DNA of 64,000 nucleotides, taken from an uncultured Candidatus Saccharibacteria bacterium. Lineage in GTDB: Bacteria > Patescibacteriota > Doudnabacteria > UBA920. The notes under the pieces are model-generated. The model was given only the letters and a program-made list of their open reading frames with translations, did no database searches and was not told the DNA's origin. The translations under genes were made by a program, and so were the position numbers. Positions 28,526-37,640 of the stretch are shown one piece after another; positions within the stretch are counted from its first letter, which is position 1; every line of letters begins with the position of its first letter. Where the stretch lies: NCBI GenBank assembly GCA_964594755.1, contig CAZQMO010000002.1, positions 9,889 through 73,888 on the forward strand, read 5' to 3'.

Positions 28526-29153
28526 ATAATCCTTTAACTTTAACTTTCTTAGTTTTTGCCTTGGCGGCTTTTGGAATTACTACGGTAAGAATTCCGTCTT
28601 TAAGATCAGCCTCTATCTGTTCGCTATCAATATCTACTGGAACAATCACTGAACGGGAAAACCCTCCCCAATAACATTCTTGATAAAAGTAATCATCATC
28701 AGAAATTTTTTCTTCGCGCTTACGTGAACCATTGATGGTGACCATGTCGTTAGCCACAGTGATATCAATATCATCAGGGCGAACACCAGCGATAGTTGAT
28801 TTAATTATCACGTTATCTTTGGTTTGATACATATCGATGTTCAGTGCACCTTCGTAGTCAGTCATCCAGTCTTCATCTTGTTTGGAGATTGGTGTAGAAA
28901 CTGCAGCAGGTTTTGCCACTGGTTCTGGTTCAGACTCTTCCTCTTCTTCTTCACTCTCATCATCTTCGTATTCAAGTTCTTCTTCCTCTTCATCGGCTAG
29001 GTACTGATCATCATCTTCAAGTTCTTCTTCAGCCAGCTCTTCTTGATAAACTGCCTGTTCTTGAGGAACCTCTTCTTGATAGTATTCTTCTTGGGCTTCG
29101 GCAACCTCGCCACCCATAATCTTGCCAAAGAAGGATTGTTTTTGTCGGGCCAT
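28524..29153 (-). CDS. Hsp20/alpha-crystallin small heat-shock protein with a polyacidic N-terminal extension
   Basis: C-terminal alpha-crystallin domain (…ITVANDMVTINGSRKREEKISDDDYFYQE…GILTVVIPK); the N-terminal ~90 residues are E/D-rich. Confidence 0.85.
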   Translation of the reverse strand: MARQKQSFFGKIMGGEVAEAQEEYYQEEVPQEQAVYQEELAEEELEDDDQYLADEEEEELEYEDDESEEEEEESEPEPVAKPAAVSTPISKQDEDWMTDYEGALNIDMYQTKDNVIIKSTIAGVRPDDIDITVANDMVTINGSRKREEKISDDDYFYQECYWGGFSRSVIVPVDIDSEQIEADLKDGILTVVIPKAAKAKTKKVKVKGL

Positions 29154-29264
29154 GATTTTGTCTCTTGCTCCTAATATATAGACGAAAGGCTAAATCAGGA
29201 AGCATTGTTAAGATTTAGTAACTTATAGTAGCTGTTTTAATAATATCGGATGAAAAATAGTCCG

Positions 29265-30392
29265 TCAAACATTATGAAACAAATTTTCTATTGATTCTAT
29301 GAGGACTTTTCCTTCTTGGCCAAATTGGGTAATTTTCTCACTTTCTAGAGTATTACTTTTCTGAATTGCCGAAAGTTTCTCCATGGCAGTATTAAACAGG
29401 TTCTCCGCTGTGAGTGGTTGAGGTTTTGGGTATATCAGCTCCCGTTCTAGGAGGTAGTCATAGTTTGGCTCTTCTTGGCCAGGAAGCGTGTGAGTAATTA
29501 AAATTGGACAGCCAGCCTGAAGAGCTTCAGCCACAGTCAATCCTCCAGGTTTAGAAACTAATAGGTCAGCGATCTGATACAACTCTGATGGATTATCATA
29601 AAAACCTAGCGGCAAGATATGGTTAAAGTTTAAAGAGATCAACCTTTTAAGCAGCTCTGTATTTTTTCCGCAAAGAACCACAGTAGTTAGATTTGGAACC
29701 ACGTTAGCCTTCATTAAAAATTGTTTTAGTAAATTGTAATCAAAGCCGATACCCAAAGAGCCACTCCCAAAAATCATAATCTTATTTGAAGGTGGAATGT
29801 TTAGTTTGAATCTTAGATCCGATTGTGAAACTACGGTTAAAGGTTTCAAGGTAATCCCACACACCGCAATTTTATTTTCCTGGATCCCCAGCTGAATCAT
29901 TTCTAGTTTTTGATCTGTAGTATTAGCCAGATAAAAATCTGCTTCTTCGTACAACCAAAATTTATGAAGATGATAATCACTGAAGGCGATTACAAATGTG
30001 CCACTGAATTTTTTTTGATTAATCAAAGCCGCAGTAGCTGCTGAGCCAGTGGTTTGAGTACTCAAGATCATATCAGGTTTAAACTCCTCAACAATCTTAT
30101 ATAAATTCTCTGAATTAGCTCTGGCAGTTGGTACTCGCAAAGGTCTTCCTACAAAGTTAACTAATTCACTAAAATACAGCCAGCGCCATACGAAAGGAAG
30201 TCTTCGATTTACAAAACTGTGTAACCAAATTCCGAACTTTGACAATAGTCCTTCTTGTACTTTCAGAATATCGTGAAGTAGAACATTGTACCCGGCTTGC
30301 GTGAGATGATAACCAATATTTTCCGCAATAAACTTATGCCCTAAACCTACTGAAGTATAGAGTATTAATATCTTTTTATTTTGATTATTCAT
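29265..30392 (-). CDS. GT28 glycosyltransferase (MGDG synthase / UgtP-like diacylglycerol glycosyltransferase)
   Basis: N-terminal motif KILILYTSVGLGHKFIAENI, typical of the MGDG_synth family. Confidence 0.65.
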   Translation of the reverse strand: MNNQNKKILILYTSVGLGHKFIAENIGYHLTQAGYNVLLHDILKVQEGLLSKFGIWLHSFVNRRLPFVWRWLYFSELVNFVGRPLRVPTARANSENLYKIVEEFKPDMILSTQTTGSAATAALINQKKFSGTFVIAFSDYHLHKFWLYEEADFYLANTTDQKLEMIQLGIQENKIAVCGITLKPLTVVSQSDLRFKLNIPPSNKIMIFGSGSLGIGFDYNLLKQFLMKANVVPNLTTVVLCGKNTELLKRLISLNFNHILPLGFYDNPSELYQIADLLVSKPGGLTVAEALQAGCPILITHTLPGQEEPNYDYLLERELIYPKPQPLTAENLFNTAMEKLSAIQKSNTLESEKITQFGQEGKVLIESIENLFHNV

Positions 30393-30600
30393 GCCTCAAT
30401 TCTATTACAAATATTTACTTAGCACCAGAACATTTGCCCATATCTAAAAACGCCCACCACCAAATATACCTTGCTTGATAATTTTGCTCGGGAAACTATC
30501 TCCCAGTTTCACATTACTAAACCTTAATAAAACCCCAATAAAAAATATCGCAAGCTGCGATAAAGATTTTCTCAAGTTTCTAGTTGCACATGTAACCTAA

Positions 30601-30626
30601 TTGACGGAGAGGCAGGGATTTCCGCC
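30601..30626 (-). repeat. Imperfect copy of the tRNA-Ser 3' end (T-arm/acceptor), about 185 nt downstream of the tRNA
   Basis: cggagaggcagggatt (16/16 identity) matches the tRNA-Ser 3' end at 30807–30822, but with no CCA. Confidence 0.8.
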
Positions 30627-30804
30627 TCGACCGCCTGCTGTCGGCCTCCCTGCCCGGGGTTACTGCAAACAGCTCCCAGCTGTTTGCAGATCATTCGCTA
30701 TCAATTTTCTTTGCAGAAAAAGCCTCAGCTCACTTCAACCCGTTCGAACCTCTCACTATATCTTCACAAGAAGTTTGATATGCACTTTGTGGAAATCAAA
30801 CTTC

Positions 30805-30894
<90 letters not shown>

Positions 30895-30949
30895 AAAATC
30901 TTGATCATGAATCAGACAAGCCGACCCAAACAAAAATTTGTAAATCAAA

Positions 30950-31567
30950 TCAAACTATATTACCACAAAAGCTGACACGATGGACAGGTGATAAACCATA
31001 TTGTTTTATGGACTCAATATGTGCTTTGGTGCCATAACCTTTATGTCTCGCAAAATCATACTGTGGGTACAGCTCTGATAAATCTGTCATAAGGGCGTCG
31101 CGATTAACTTTTGCGAGGATTGAAGCTGCAGCGATTGAGTGCACCAAACTATCCCCTTTTACCACCGCCCTCTGCTCTTTGCAAAATAATTCTGGAATTA
31201 AAAATTTACCATCAACCAAAATTACACTTCTTGATAGATCTACCTCCAAGGCTTCGATGGCTCTACTCATGGCCAAAAAACTTGCTCGTAAAATATTTAG
31301 TGATTCTATTTCAGCTACGGTTGCTAAACCAAACCCGAAGATCGCATTTTGAAGGATAGCTTCGGATATCCTTGTTCGTTTTTGTTGTGAAAGTTTTTTA
31401 CTGTCTGTTATTTCACTCCACCAAGGTTCATTGTGTTCATTTTTAAAAACTACCGCTGAAGCTACCACTGGCCCAGCCAGTGGACCCCGGCCTACTTCAT
31501 CAACCCCAACCACATAGTCAAATCCTTTATGATATAGAGCAATTTCATCAGCAAATCGATTATTCAT
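30950..31567 (-). CDS. rnhB: Ribonuclease HII
   Basis: GVDEVGRGPLAGPVVASAVV and other RNase HII motifs. Confidence 0.9.
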   Translation of the reverse strand: MNNRFADEIALYHKGFDYVVGVDEVGRGPLAGPVVASAVVFKNEHNEPWWSEITDSKKLSQQKRTRISEAILQNAIFGFGLATVAEIESLNILRASFLAMSRAIEALEVDLSRSVILVDGKFLIPELFCKEQRAVVKGDSLVHSIAAASILAKVNRDALMTDLSELYPQYDFARHKGYGTKAHIESIKQYGLSPVHRVSFCGNIV

Positions 31568-31994
31568 AGCTTTCAGATACTCTCATACGTGGATAAAATT
31601 TTAAACTGACGATTTTATATAAATCATCTTCTTTGACTAAAGATACATCAATATTTCCAGTGGCCGATAATATTCCCTCTTGGTACTCTTCGTACAATCC
31701 AGTCAACAAAAATAAAAAATTATTAGAAGTTAGTTTAAGCTTAGGAAATACAATGTAGTTATGTTTCCGTCCAAAAAACTTTTTGTAGAACATTTCAACG
31801 ATTTGTGGTTGTTGCATCGGAAATTCTGAAAAGCCTTGAGCAGTCGCTCTCTCATCAACAAACAGAGAAAGGTCGGCCTTTGCTCCCCCATTAACTGTGT
31901 CAGAAAAATTACCAATAAACTTTCTGATGGCAAACCGATCCTCAGTTCCTACAGTTCGATCAAAATCGAAGATTGTTTCTTGTAAAACAGCCAT
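31560..31994 (-). CDS. Hypothetical protein (overlaps the rnhB start by 8 nt, so probably co-transcribed)
   Basis: Clean ORF with a 4-codon overlap onto rnhB; no motif recognised. Confidence 0.45.
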   Translation of the reverse strand: MAVLQETIFDFDRTVGTEDRFAIRKFIGNFSDTVNGGAKADLSLFVDERATAQGFSEFPMQQPQIVEMFYKKFFGRKHNYIVFPKLKLTSNNFLFLLTGLYEEYQEGILSATGNIDVSLVKEDDLYKIVSLKFYPRMRVSESYE

Positions 31995-32058
31995 AGCTCA
32001 TTATAGGCACAGAAAATAAATTTGCAAAAGTAAATATCTCTGATCAAAGAGATGCTTC

Positions 32059-32071
32059 TGGTGGACCATAC
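32059..32071 (-). repeat. Copy of the tRNA-Ala 3' end (gtatggtccacca), 175 nt downstream of the tRNA
   Basis: 13/13 identity to the 3' end of tRNA-Ala, including the CCA. Confidence 0.6.
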
Positions 32072-32233
32072 TGTAATGAAGCGGCAAGCTCTTCCCTGTT
32101 ATAAAAGCGCGGCTACTGATTGATCGCGGACAAACTTTGCGGTCCGCTCTCATTCGGCTTGGGAAACCCAAGCCTGATTTACTAAAATAAGCTGTTGCGC
32201 TTCTAAAAATAAAACAACCCTGACGGGTTGTTT

Positions 32234-32309
32234 TGGTGGACCATACCGGAATCGAACCGGTCACCTCTTCCATGCCATGGAAGCGCTCTACCAAATGAGC
32301 TAATGGCCC
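32234..32309 (-). tRNA. tRNA-Ala (anticodon GGC)
   Basis: The G3:U70 wobble pair is present. Anticodon loop ATGGCAT, T-loop GGTTCGATTCC, and an encoded CCA. Followed by the hairpin/U-run aacaacccgtcagggttgtttt. Confidence 0.85.
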
Positions 32310-32339
32310 AAATGGAATTATTAAGAGTGTATAAATTAC

Positions 32340-32630
32340 TTACTCCGTAACTCCTGTAGAACCAGAAGGACTGATAATGCTGGCCGCGTCACGGGTCTGC
32401 TCAAAAGCTTCTCGCCACTGATTTGCTTGTTCTCGAAATGCCGGAATCACACCAATTACATTCAAGAACCAACCAATCAGAATAATAGCAATCCCAGCTC
32501 CAAGTACTGACCCTAATCCGCCAAGTAATCCCTTGCCAAAGGAAAGCCATGCACTAGACATTGTCTGGTTTAACCTTTTCATGTTTTCAGTTAACTCTTT
32601 GATTTCGCGATCTGGGTTTGTGTTGTTCAT
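32340..32630 (-). CDS. Small membrane protein (one TM helix), hypothetical
   Basis: 96-aa ORF between tRNA-Ala and tRNA-Arg, with a hydrophobic core (LLGGLGSVLGAGIAIILIGWFLNVIGV). Confidence 0.45.
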   Translation of the reverse strand: MNNTNPDREIKELTENMKRLNQTMSSAWLSFGKGLLGGLGSVLGAGIAIILIGWFLNVIGVIPAFREQANQWREAFEQTRDAASIISPSGSTGVTE

Positions 32631-32671
32631 ATTTGTTAGTCCCCTGATAAGAATCTTTACCTTGTTACTCC

Positions 32672-32746
32672 TGGTGGCCTCGGTAGGAATCGAACCTACA
32701 TCAACGGCTTAGGACGCCGCGGTTCTATCCATTGAACTACGAGACC
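32672..32746 (-). tRNA. tRNA-Arg (anticodon CCT)
   Basis: GGTCTCGTAGTTCAATGGATAGAAC...anticodon loop GTCCTAA...GGTTCGATTCC...CCA. Confidence 0.8.
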
Positions 32747-32903
32747 AGAAAAAGCGACAGGGCAAGCCATCCTTTAGCTACATAGTGTGGAGCTGCTCTC
32801 TGTATTGAACTCAAGAGTTTGGGGGTGATTAATAATTTTTAGTTTGGTGATAAGATTATACCATATTTATAGATAGTTGCAATTACGCCACAGATAGTAT
32901 TCA

Positions 32904-34286
32904 TTGTCAAATATTATGATGATTTCTGCTGAATTTGTCAATTTTAATGATTCACGGGAAACAATTTTCGCCAAACTACAAAAATATTGCCTGTTTGGGA
33001 TGATTGTCTTTATTTTTTTGCCTTTTCCCTACTTTATAGACACATATGGTTCAACCATTCTGGAATATGCCAATGATTTTACATCAATCGTCATATTCCC
33101 AAGCTTAGCAATGGTAATGGGACTGTTGATCATAGAATTATATCAATCGCTCAAAAATTCACGATATTTCTATAACTTCTACATTTTTTGGCTTATTTAC
33201 AGTGCTTTTTGGTTATCCTACCACGTGGCAGTTAATAGTCCAGAAAGTGCAATCATTACTTATTATGCTATAAAAATTCTCTGTGCATTAACTGTGGGTT
33301 ACTATGTTTATAAATCCAACTTTTGGCTTAAATATAGGGATTATTTGTTGTGGGTAATTATTGTCCTTGGATCTGTTAATGCTCTTTTGGCTGGCTTCCA
33401 TTTTCTACTAGGTAATTCAATTGGTCTACATCTTGTTGGTGAGTCTCCTCTATCAATCGAGGGGAACAATATTGCCAAACTGGTTGCACATGGAACTTTA
33501 TACCTCAGAGGTTATGGTCTTATGCCACATCCGAATATCTTAGCTGGTATCCTCATTACCATTACTTCACTTAACTTATATTTACTTAACAAATACCAAA
33601 AATCCGTATTGGAGATATTACTCTATACTACCTTATTTATCATAATCTCTGGCGTATTCTTTAGTTTTTCACGTGCTGGAATTTTAGCGCTAATTATAGT
33701 CCTTACCACGTGGGGAGTTTACTCTCTAAAAATCTGGTCTAAGGCTGTAGGCTTCAGCATTATCTCTGCACTGATTTGGATTATAGTGCTAAGTTCAGTG
33801 CTTTGGCCTTGGCTGTCTGGCCGAGCAACGTTAGCTGATCCAGCTGTCGAAGAACGGGTCATCTTAAACGAAGCAACTGTTGAAGTCCTGACGGAAAATT
33901 GGCTTACAGGTACCGGACCAGGGACTAACATTATTGTGCTTCACGAGAAACTTTCAGGGCAAGTTGAAGACTGGGTCATCCAACCGGTTCACAATTATAT
34001 TTTGATCACACTATCTGATTTAGGAATTTTTGGTTATCTCTTATTAATTCCGATCCTGGCTATTGCTATGATGGCTATAATAAAATTTATTGATTCAGAA
34101 TCACCGTCACTTTGGCTCACCGCCTTATTAGCTTCAGTCGTGGGGATGGTATTTCTGTTTTGGTTCGATCACTATTTCTATACTTACTGGCCTGCGCAAC
34201 TCTGGCTGTGGCTAATCCTGGGGATGACAGCCAAAGAAGTCTGGGAAAGAATTTACATAGCTAAACTGTTTCATGGGAAACAATAG
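32904..34286 (+). CDS. O-antigen ligase/polymerase-like (Wzy_C family) polytopic membrane protein
   Basis: About 11 TM helices, a FSFSRAG motif within a large loop, and a GTGPGT sequence. Confidence 0.65.
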   Translation: MSNIMMISAEFVNFNDSRETIFAKLQKYCLFGMIVFIFLPFPYFIDTYGSTILEYANDFTSIVIFPSLAMVMGLLIIELYQSLKNSRYFYNFYIFWLIYSAFWLSYHVAVNSPESAIITYYAIKILCALTVGYYVYKSNFWLKYRDYLLWVIIVLGSVNALLAGFHFLLGNSIGLHLVGESPLSIEGNNIAKLVAHGTLYLRGYGLMPHPNILAGILITITSLNLYLLNKYQKSVLEILLYTTLFIIISGVFFSFSRAGILALIIVLTTWGVYSLKIWSKAVGFSIISALIWIIVLSSVLWPWLSGRATLADPAVEERVILNEATVEVLTENWLTGTGPGTNIIVLHEKLSGQVEDWVIQPVHNYILITLSDLGIFGYLLLIPILAIAMMAIIKFIDSESPSLWLTALLASVVGMVFLFWFDHYFYTYWPAQLWLWLILGMTAKEVWERIYIAKLFHGKQ

Positions 34287-34325
34287 AGGTCCACGGCTAA
34301 GCCAAAAAATTTATTCGTATAAAAT

Positions 34326-34347
34326 AAAACGATCATCTGATCGTTTT
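34326..34347. terminator. Bidirectional terminator hairpin
   Basis: aaaacgatca-tct-gatcgtttt. Confidence 0.6.
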
Positions 34348-34816
34348 ATTTATGATATTCTTTTTTATTTATTATCGTTGCTGCTCTATATATCTGTTCT
34401 AATAAAAGAACTCTGGCCATATTATGGGGGAATGTAAGTTTGCTAAGTGAAAAAGTATAATTGGAAACATCTTTAAGTGAATTATGCAGACCAATCCCGC
34501 TGCCAATGACAAAGATTAATTCTTGACCTAAAGAGCTTAAACGCTCTAAATTCTTAGCAAATTCAACAGAATCACGCAGAATGCCTTTTTCTTCCATAAG
34601 AATCACAATGGCTTGATTCGATAGATGCTTGCGAATAGTTTCAGCTTCTTGTAATTTTATTTGCTCACGATCAGAATTATTTTTATATGAAATTTCTGGT
34701 AGCTCAACGACAGAAATCTTGCCAAAAGGGGAGAGGCGCTTTAGAAACTCTTTCTCTAATTCTTTATAAGCTTTCTCTTTGAGTTTGCCTAAGCAAATTA
34801 TTTTTATCTTAAACAT
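34346..34816 (-). CDS. rlmH: 23S rRNA (pseudouridine1915-N3)-methyltransferase RlmH
   Basis: SPOUT family: IKIICLGKLKE...VIGSGIGL...LPHNMARVLLLEQIYRA. Confidence 0.9.
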   Translation of the reverse strand: MFKIKIICLGKLKEKAYKELEKEFLKRLSPFGKISVVELPEISYKNNSDREQIKLQEAETIRKHLSNQAIVILMEEKGILRDSVEFAKNLERLSSLGQELIFVIGSGIGLHNSLKDVSNYTFSLSKLTFPHNMARVLLLEQIYRAATIINKKEYHK

Positions 34817-34895
34817 ACCTGTAGAATAAACGACCTGAAATTATTGAGCAACTAGATCCTCCCAGCTAAAGCCTAGGGTTCTCTTAAAAATAATA

Positions 34896-34919
34896 AAAAC
34901 GCCCCGAAGGGCGTTTTTT
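34896..34919 (-). terminator. Rho-independent terminator downstream of the RRM-protein gene
   Basis: aaaacgccccgaagggcgtttttt. Confidence 0.7.
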
Positions 34920-34928
34920 ATTGTTTTA

Positions 34929-35198
34929 TTAGAAACGGTTTTCGCGGGGTTGCATAGGGCGAGCTTCGCTCACGCTGATATTGCGACCACCGAAATCTTG
35001 ACCGTTGAACATCTGAATAGCAGCGTTTGCTTCGTCTTCAGTAGACATTTCTACGAAGCCAAAACCCTTGCTGCGACCAGACATTTTGTCAAAGATTACG
35101 TTAGCAGATACTACGTTACCAGCTTTAGCAAAGCCAGCTTCCAACTCTTCATTAGTAGTAGAGTAGGGTAGACCGCCGACATACAATTTTGTAGCCAT
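34929..35198 (-). CDS. RRM-type RNA-binding protein
   Basis: RNP2 motif LYVGGL and RNP1 motif KGFGFVEM. Confidence 0.9.
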   Translation of the reverse strand: MATKLYVGGLPYSTTNEELEAGFAKAGNVVSANVIFDKMSGRSKGFGFVEMSTEDEANAAIQMFNGQDFGGRNISVSEARPMQPRENRF

Positions 35199-35336
35199 TT
35201 GAGTCCTTATGTTAATTAGCCGTTAGGCGTAAGGCGACCTCTTTTACTTCACCTTACTTCAGAAAAACCTAACATAAGGGGAAAATACAAGAAACTTACT
35301 TCCTAATTGTACCTTATTCTAGCCAAAAAGTAAAGG

Positions 35337-35651
35337 TTAAAAGAATCTCGCATAGAGATTATCTAAAAACCCATTAGATTGATTCACGAAATATGCTGTG
35401 ATTGTTACAAGAAACAAAGCGCCGTTGACAATCAATACCTTAATTAAATCTGTTTGAACTTGATGGTATTCGTCAGAATGTGCAGCATAAGCAGCATTAG
35501 TTGCCTCATTTAGCTTGGCGATTTCCGCTTTGCGCTCTAAAGATTCGACTTGTCCAGCAGCTTCACGGACTGATTCTTGCAAGGTTGTGGCTCGCAGTTC
35601 ATCCTGAGGCTGCTGTAATTTATACTTCTTTTTTCGATTTCGTTTACCCAT
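35337..35651 (-). CDS. Hypothetical protein with a basic N-terminus and a C-terminal TM helix
   Basis: ORF only; no motif recognised. Confidence 0.4.
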   Translation of the reverse strand: MGKRNRKKKYKLQQPQDELRATTLQESVREAAGQVESLERKAEIAKLNEATNAAYAAHSDEYHQVQTDLIKVLIVNGALFLVTITAYFVNQSNGFLDNLYARFF

Positions 35652-35763
35652 AATTGATGATTAATTAGCTCTCTATAATATAGAGAAAATCGCCGTCCTA
35701 GGCAAGAAAGGTTGAGTTGAACTTCTTTTGAAATCAGTGCTAGAATAGCCATACTGCTCAACT

Positions 35764-36279
35764 ATGAATGAGTTAAATTTTACAATTGCAGCTTTGGTTA
35801 TTGCGGTGTTAGCCTTTGCGGCTAGCTTAGTAGCCTTGGTGCTCACCGGGAAGCTTCGACGTCTTAAAAAAATCTTTGGGGCTGATGAACAACCTGATAA
35901 TTTAGAAGAGGTCATTACTTCTATCACCGAGGCGTTAAAAAAAATCAAAGCTGATCATAATCAACTTGTCGATCTAGTAAGCCAGCAAGGAGAGACCTTA
36001 CAAACAGCTTTTCAGTACTCCCATGTCGTTCGGTTTGATTCGGGTGGGAGCGATGGAGGGAACTTAAGTTTTGCTATGGCACTCTTAGATGGACAACAGT
36101 CGGGATTGATTATCACCAGCTTACACGGTCGGGAACACAACCGCATATACTGCAAAGCAATTGTAGATGGCGCAAGCGTAAATCAATTAAGTGAGGAAGA
36201 GCAAGAGGCATTGATTGCGGCACTAACCAGAAATAGTGATGCGCAAGATTCAAAATCAAAAAACAAGACAAGCAAATAA
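35764..36279 (+). CDS. DUF4446-like protein (N-terminal TM helix)
   Basis: The motifs GGNLSFAMALLD and LHGREHNRIYCK resemble the DUF4446 family; assigned from memory. Confidence 0.5.
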   Translation: MNELNFTIAALVIAVLAFAASLVALVLTGKLRRLKKIFGADEQPDNLEEVITSITEALKKIKADHNQLVDLVSQQGETLQTAFQYSHVVRFDSGGSDGGNLSFAMALLDGQQSGLIITSLHGREHNRIYCKAIVDGASVNQLSEEEQEALIAALTRNSDAQDSKSKNKTSK

Positions 36280-36298
36280 GTAATTAAGTAATACAAGT

Positions 36299-36682
36299 AT
36301 GGCAAATGATAGTTCTGCCGCCGAAACAGTCGTCGGCCCGTCAGTCAAAATCCAAGGTGATCTAAATTCCGAAGGCAACATCCGCATCGAAGGGAGCGTG
36401 ATGGGTAAGGTTGCAACCACTCAAAGCGTGCACGTGGGCGAAGCTGCAGTTATTCAAGCAGACATGCAAGCTGGGAATGCAATCATCGCTGGCCAAATCC
36501 AGGGCAATATTAAAGTTGTCGGTAATCTCATCTTGCAAGCAACTGCCAAAGTCCATGGAGACATCGCCTGTTCAGTTCTCCGCGTAGAAGATGGGGCAAT
36601 GTTTACAGGCAAATGTAACATGAAAGGTGCTGCTGGTGATAAGAAATCTACTGCAAGCACAGAGCCTGAATTAGAGAAATAA
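36299..36682 (+). CDS. Bactofilin (polymer-forming cytoskeletal protein)
   Basis: Repetitive beta-helix pattern IxGxxxGxV (IQGDLNSEGNIRIEGSVMGKV...). Confidence 0.8.
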   Translation: MANDSSAAETVVGPSVKIQGDLNSEGNIRIEGSVMGKVATTQSVHVGEAAVIQADMQAGNAIIAGQIQGNIKVVGNLILQATAKVHGDIACSVLRVEDGAMFTGKCNMKGAAGDKKSTASTEPELEK

Positions 36683-36739
36683 TTTTTACTGGGAGGCTAC
36701 TTGGCCGTGACTTAAGTCACGGTTCGTAACATTGGAAAA

Positions 36740-37582
36740 ATGTATTTTTATATTTTAGACGGTACCAAAATTTCACCGGCGCAATTTGAAAAAGCCCAAG
36801 TTACTCTTCAGGGTCTTTTAGCTCAATTTAGAATTTCTGGAGAAATGGTACGCGTCACTTCTATTCGCGGCATTCCTGAGTTAGTCGAACTTGCTGCAGA
36901 GCGTGGCGTAAAAACTTTAATCGCCTGTGGCACTGATGATACTTTCAATATAATGTTAGCTTACTTGGCCGGAAGAGATTTCGCATTAGGATTTATTCCG
37001 TTAGTTGAAGATACGGCACTGGGACAAATTTTAGGAATTAACACTTTAGAAAACGCTGTTAAAACTGTAGCAGCAAGACGTTTAGAAAGAATCGATTTAG
37101 CAGTAATCGGTGACAATTACTTCATTAGCCAAGTTGAATTTGGCATTGCTTCAACCAAAGTTAAAAACATGGGTTGGTTTTCCAGTCTAACTTCCCTGAC
37201 CAAAGATTATTACAACCTCAAGCTTCGTATTGATAATTCCTACATCATGGAAATAACTTGCTTGGGTGGAACAGTGACCAATAGTCGCACTACATCTAGC
37301 TCCAATAGTTCGATTGCTAATCCAACCGATGGCTTACTAGATTTGATGGTCTTAGAAAGACTTTCAAAAATTGATGTACTTAAATACAAACCTGATATCG
37401 CCAAAGGGGTGATGGAAAACATTCCTGGTACCTCAGTAATCAAATGCCGACAAGTTGAATTTTTGGAGCCGCGTGGGTTTCCACTAAATATTGCAGGGCG
37501 AACATTTGCTAAAGTTCCGGCAGTGGTATCAATCATCCCGAGACAACTGCGAATGATCGTAGGCAAAGGTCGTACCTTCTAA
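36740..37582 (+). CDS. Diacylglycerol/lipid-kinase-family (DAGK_cat-like) protein, possibly degenerate
   Basis: The N-terminus (YILDGTK...IACGTDDTFN) resembles the GGDGT motif region; weak. Confidence 0.45.
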   Translation: MYFYILDGTKISPAQFEKAQVTLQGLLAQFRISGEMVRVTSIRGIPELVELAAERGVKTLIACGTDDTFNIMLAYLAGRDFALGFIPLVEDTALGQILGINTLENAVKTVAARRLERIDLAVIGDNYFISQVEFGIASTKVKNMGWFSSLTSLTKDYYNLKLRIDNSYIMEITCLGGTVTNSRTTSSSNSSIANPTDGLLDLMVLERLSKIDVLKYKPDIAKGVMENIPGTSVIKCRQVEFLEPRGFPLNIAGRTFAKVPAVVSIIPRQLRMIVGKGRTF

Positions 37583-37640
37583 ACCTCGCCACTTCTAAAA
37601 CCTTGCTTTTTACAAGGTTTTTTAGTATAGTTAACGGGTT

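Noticed and set aside
32001-32294. Track ORF on the minus strand (97 aa)
   Set aside because: It overlaps tRNA-Ala and its downstream hairpins.
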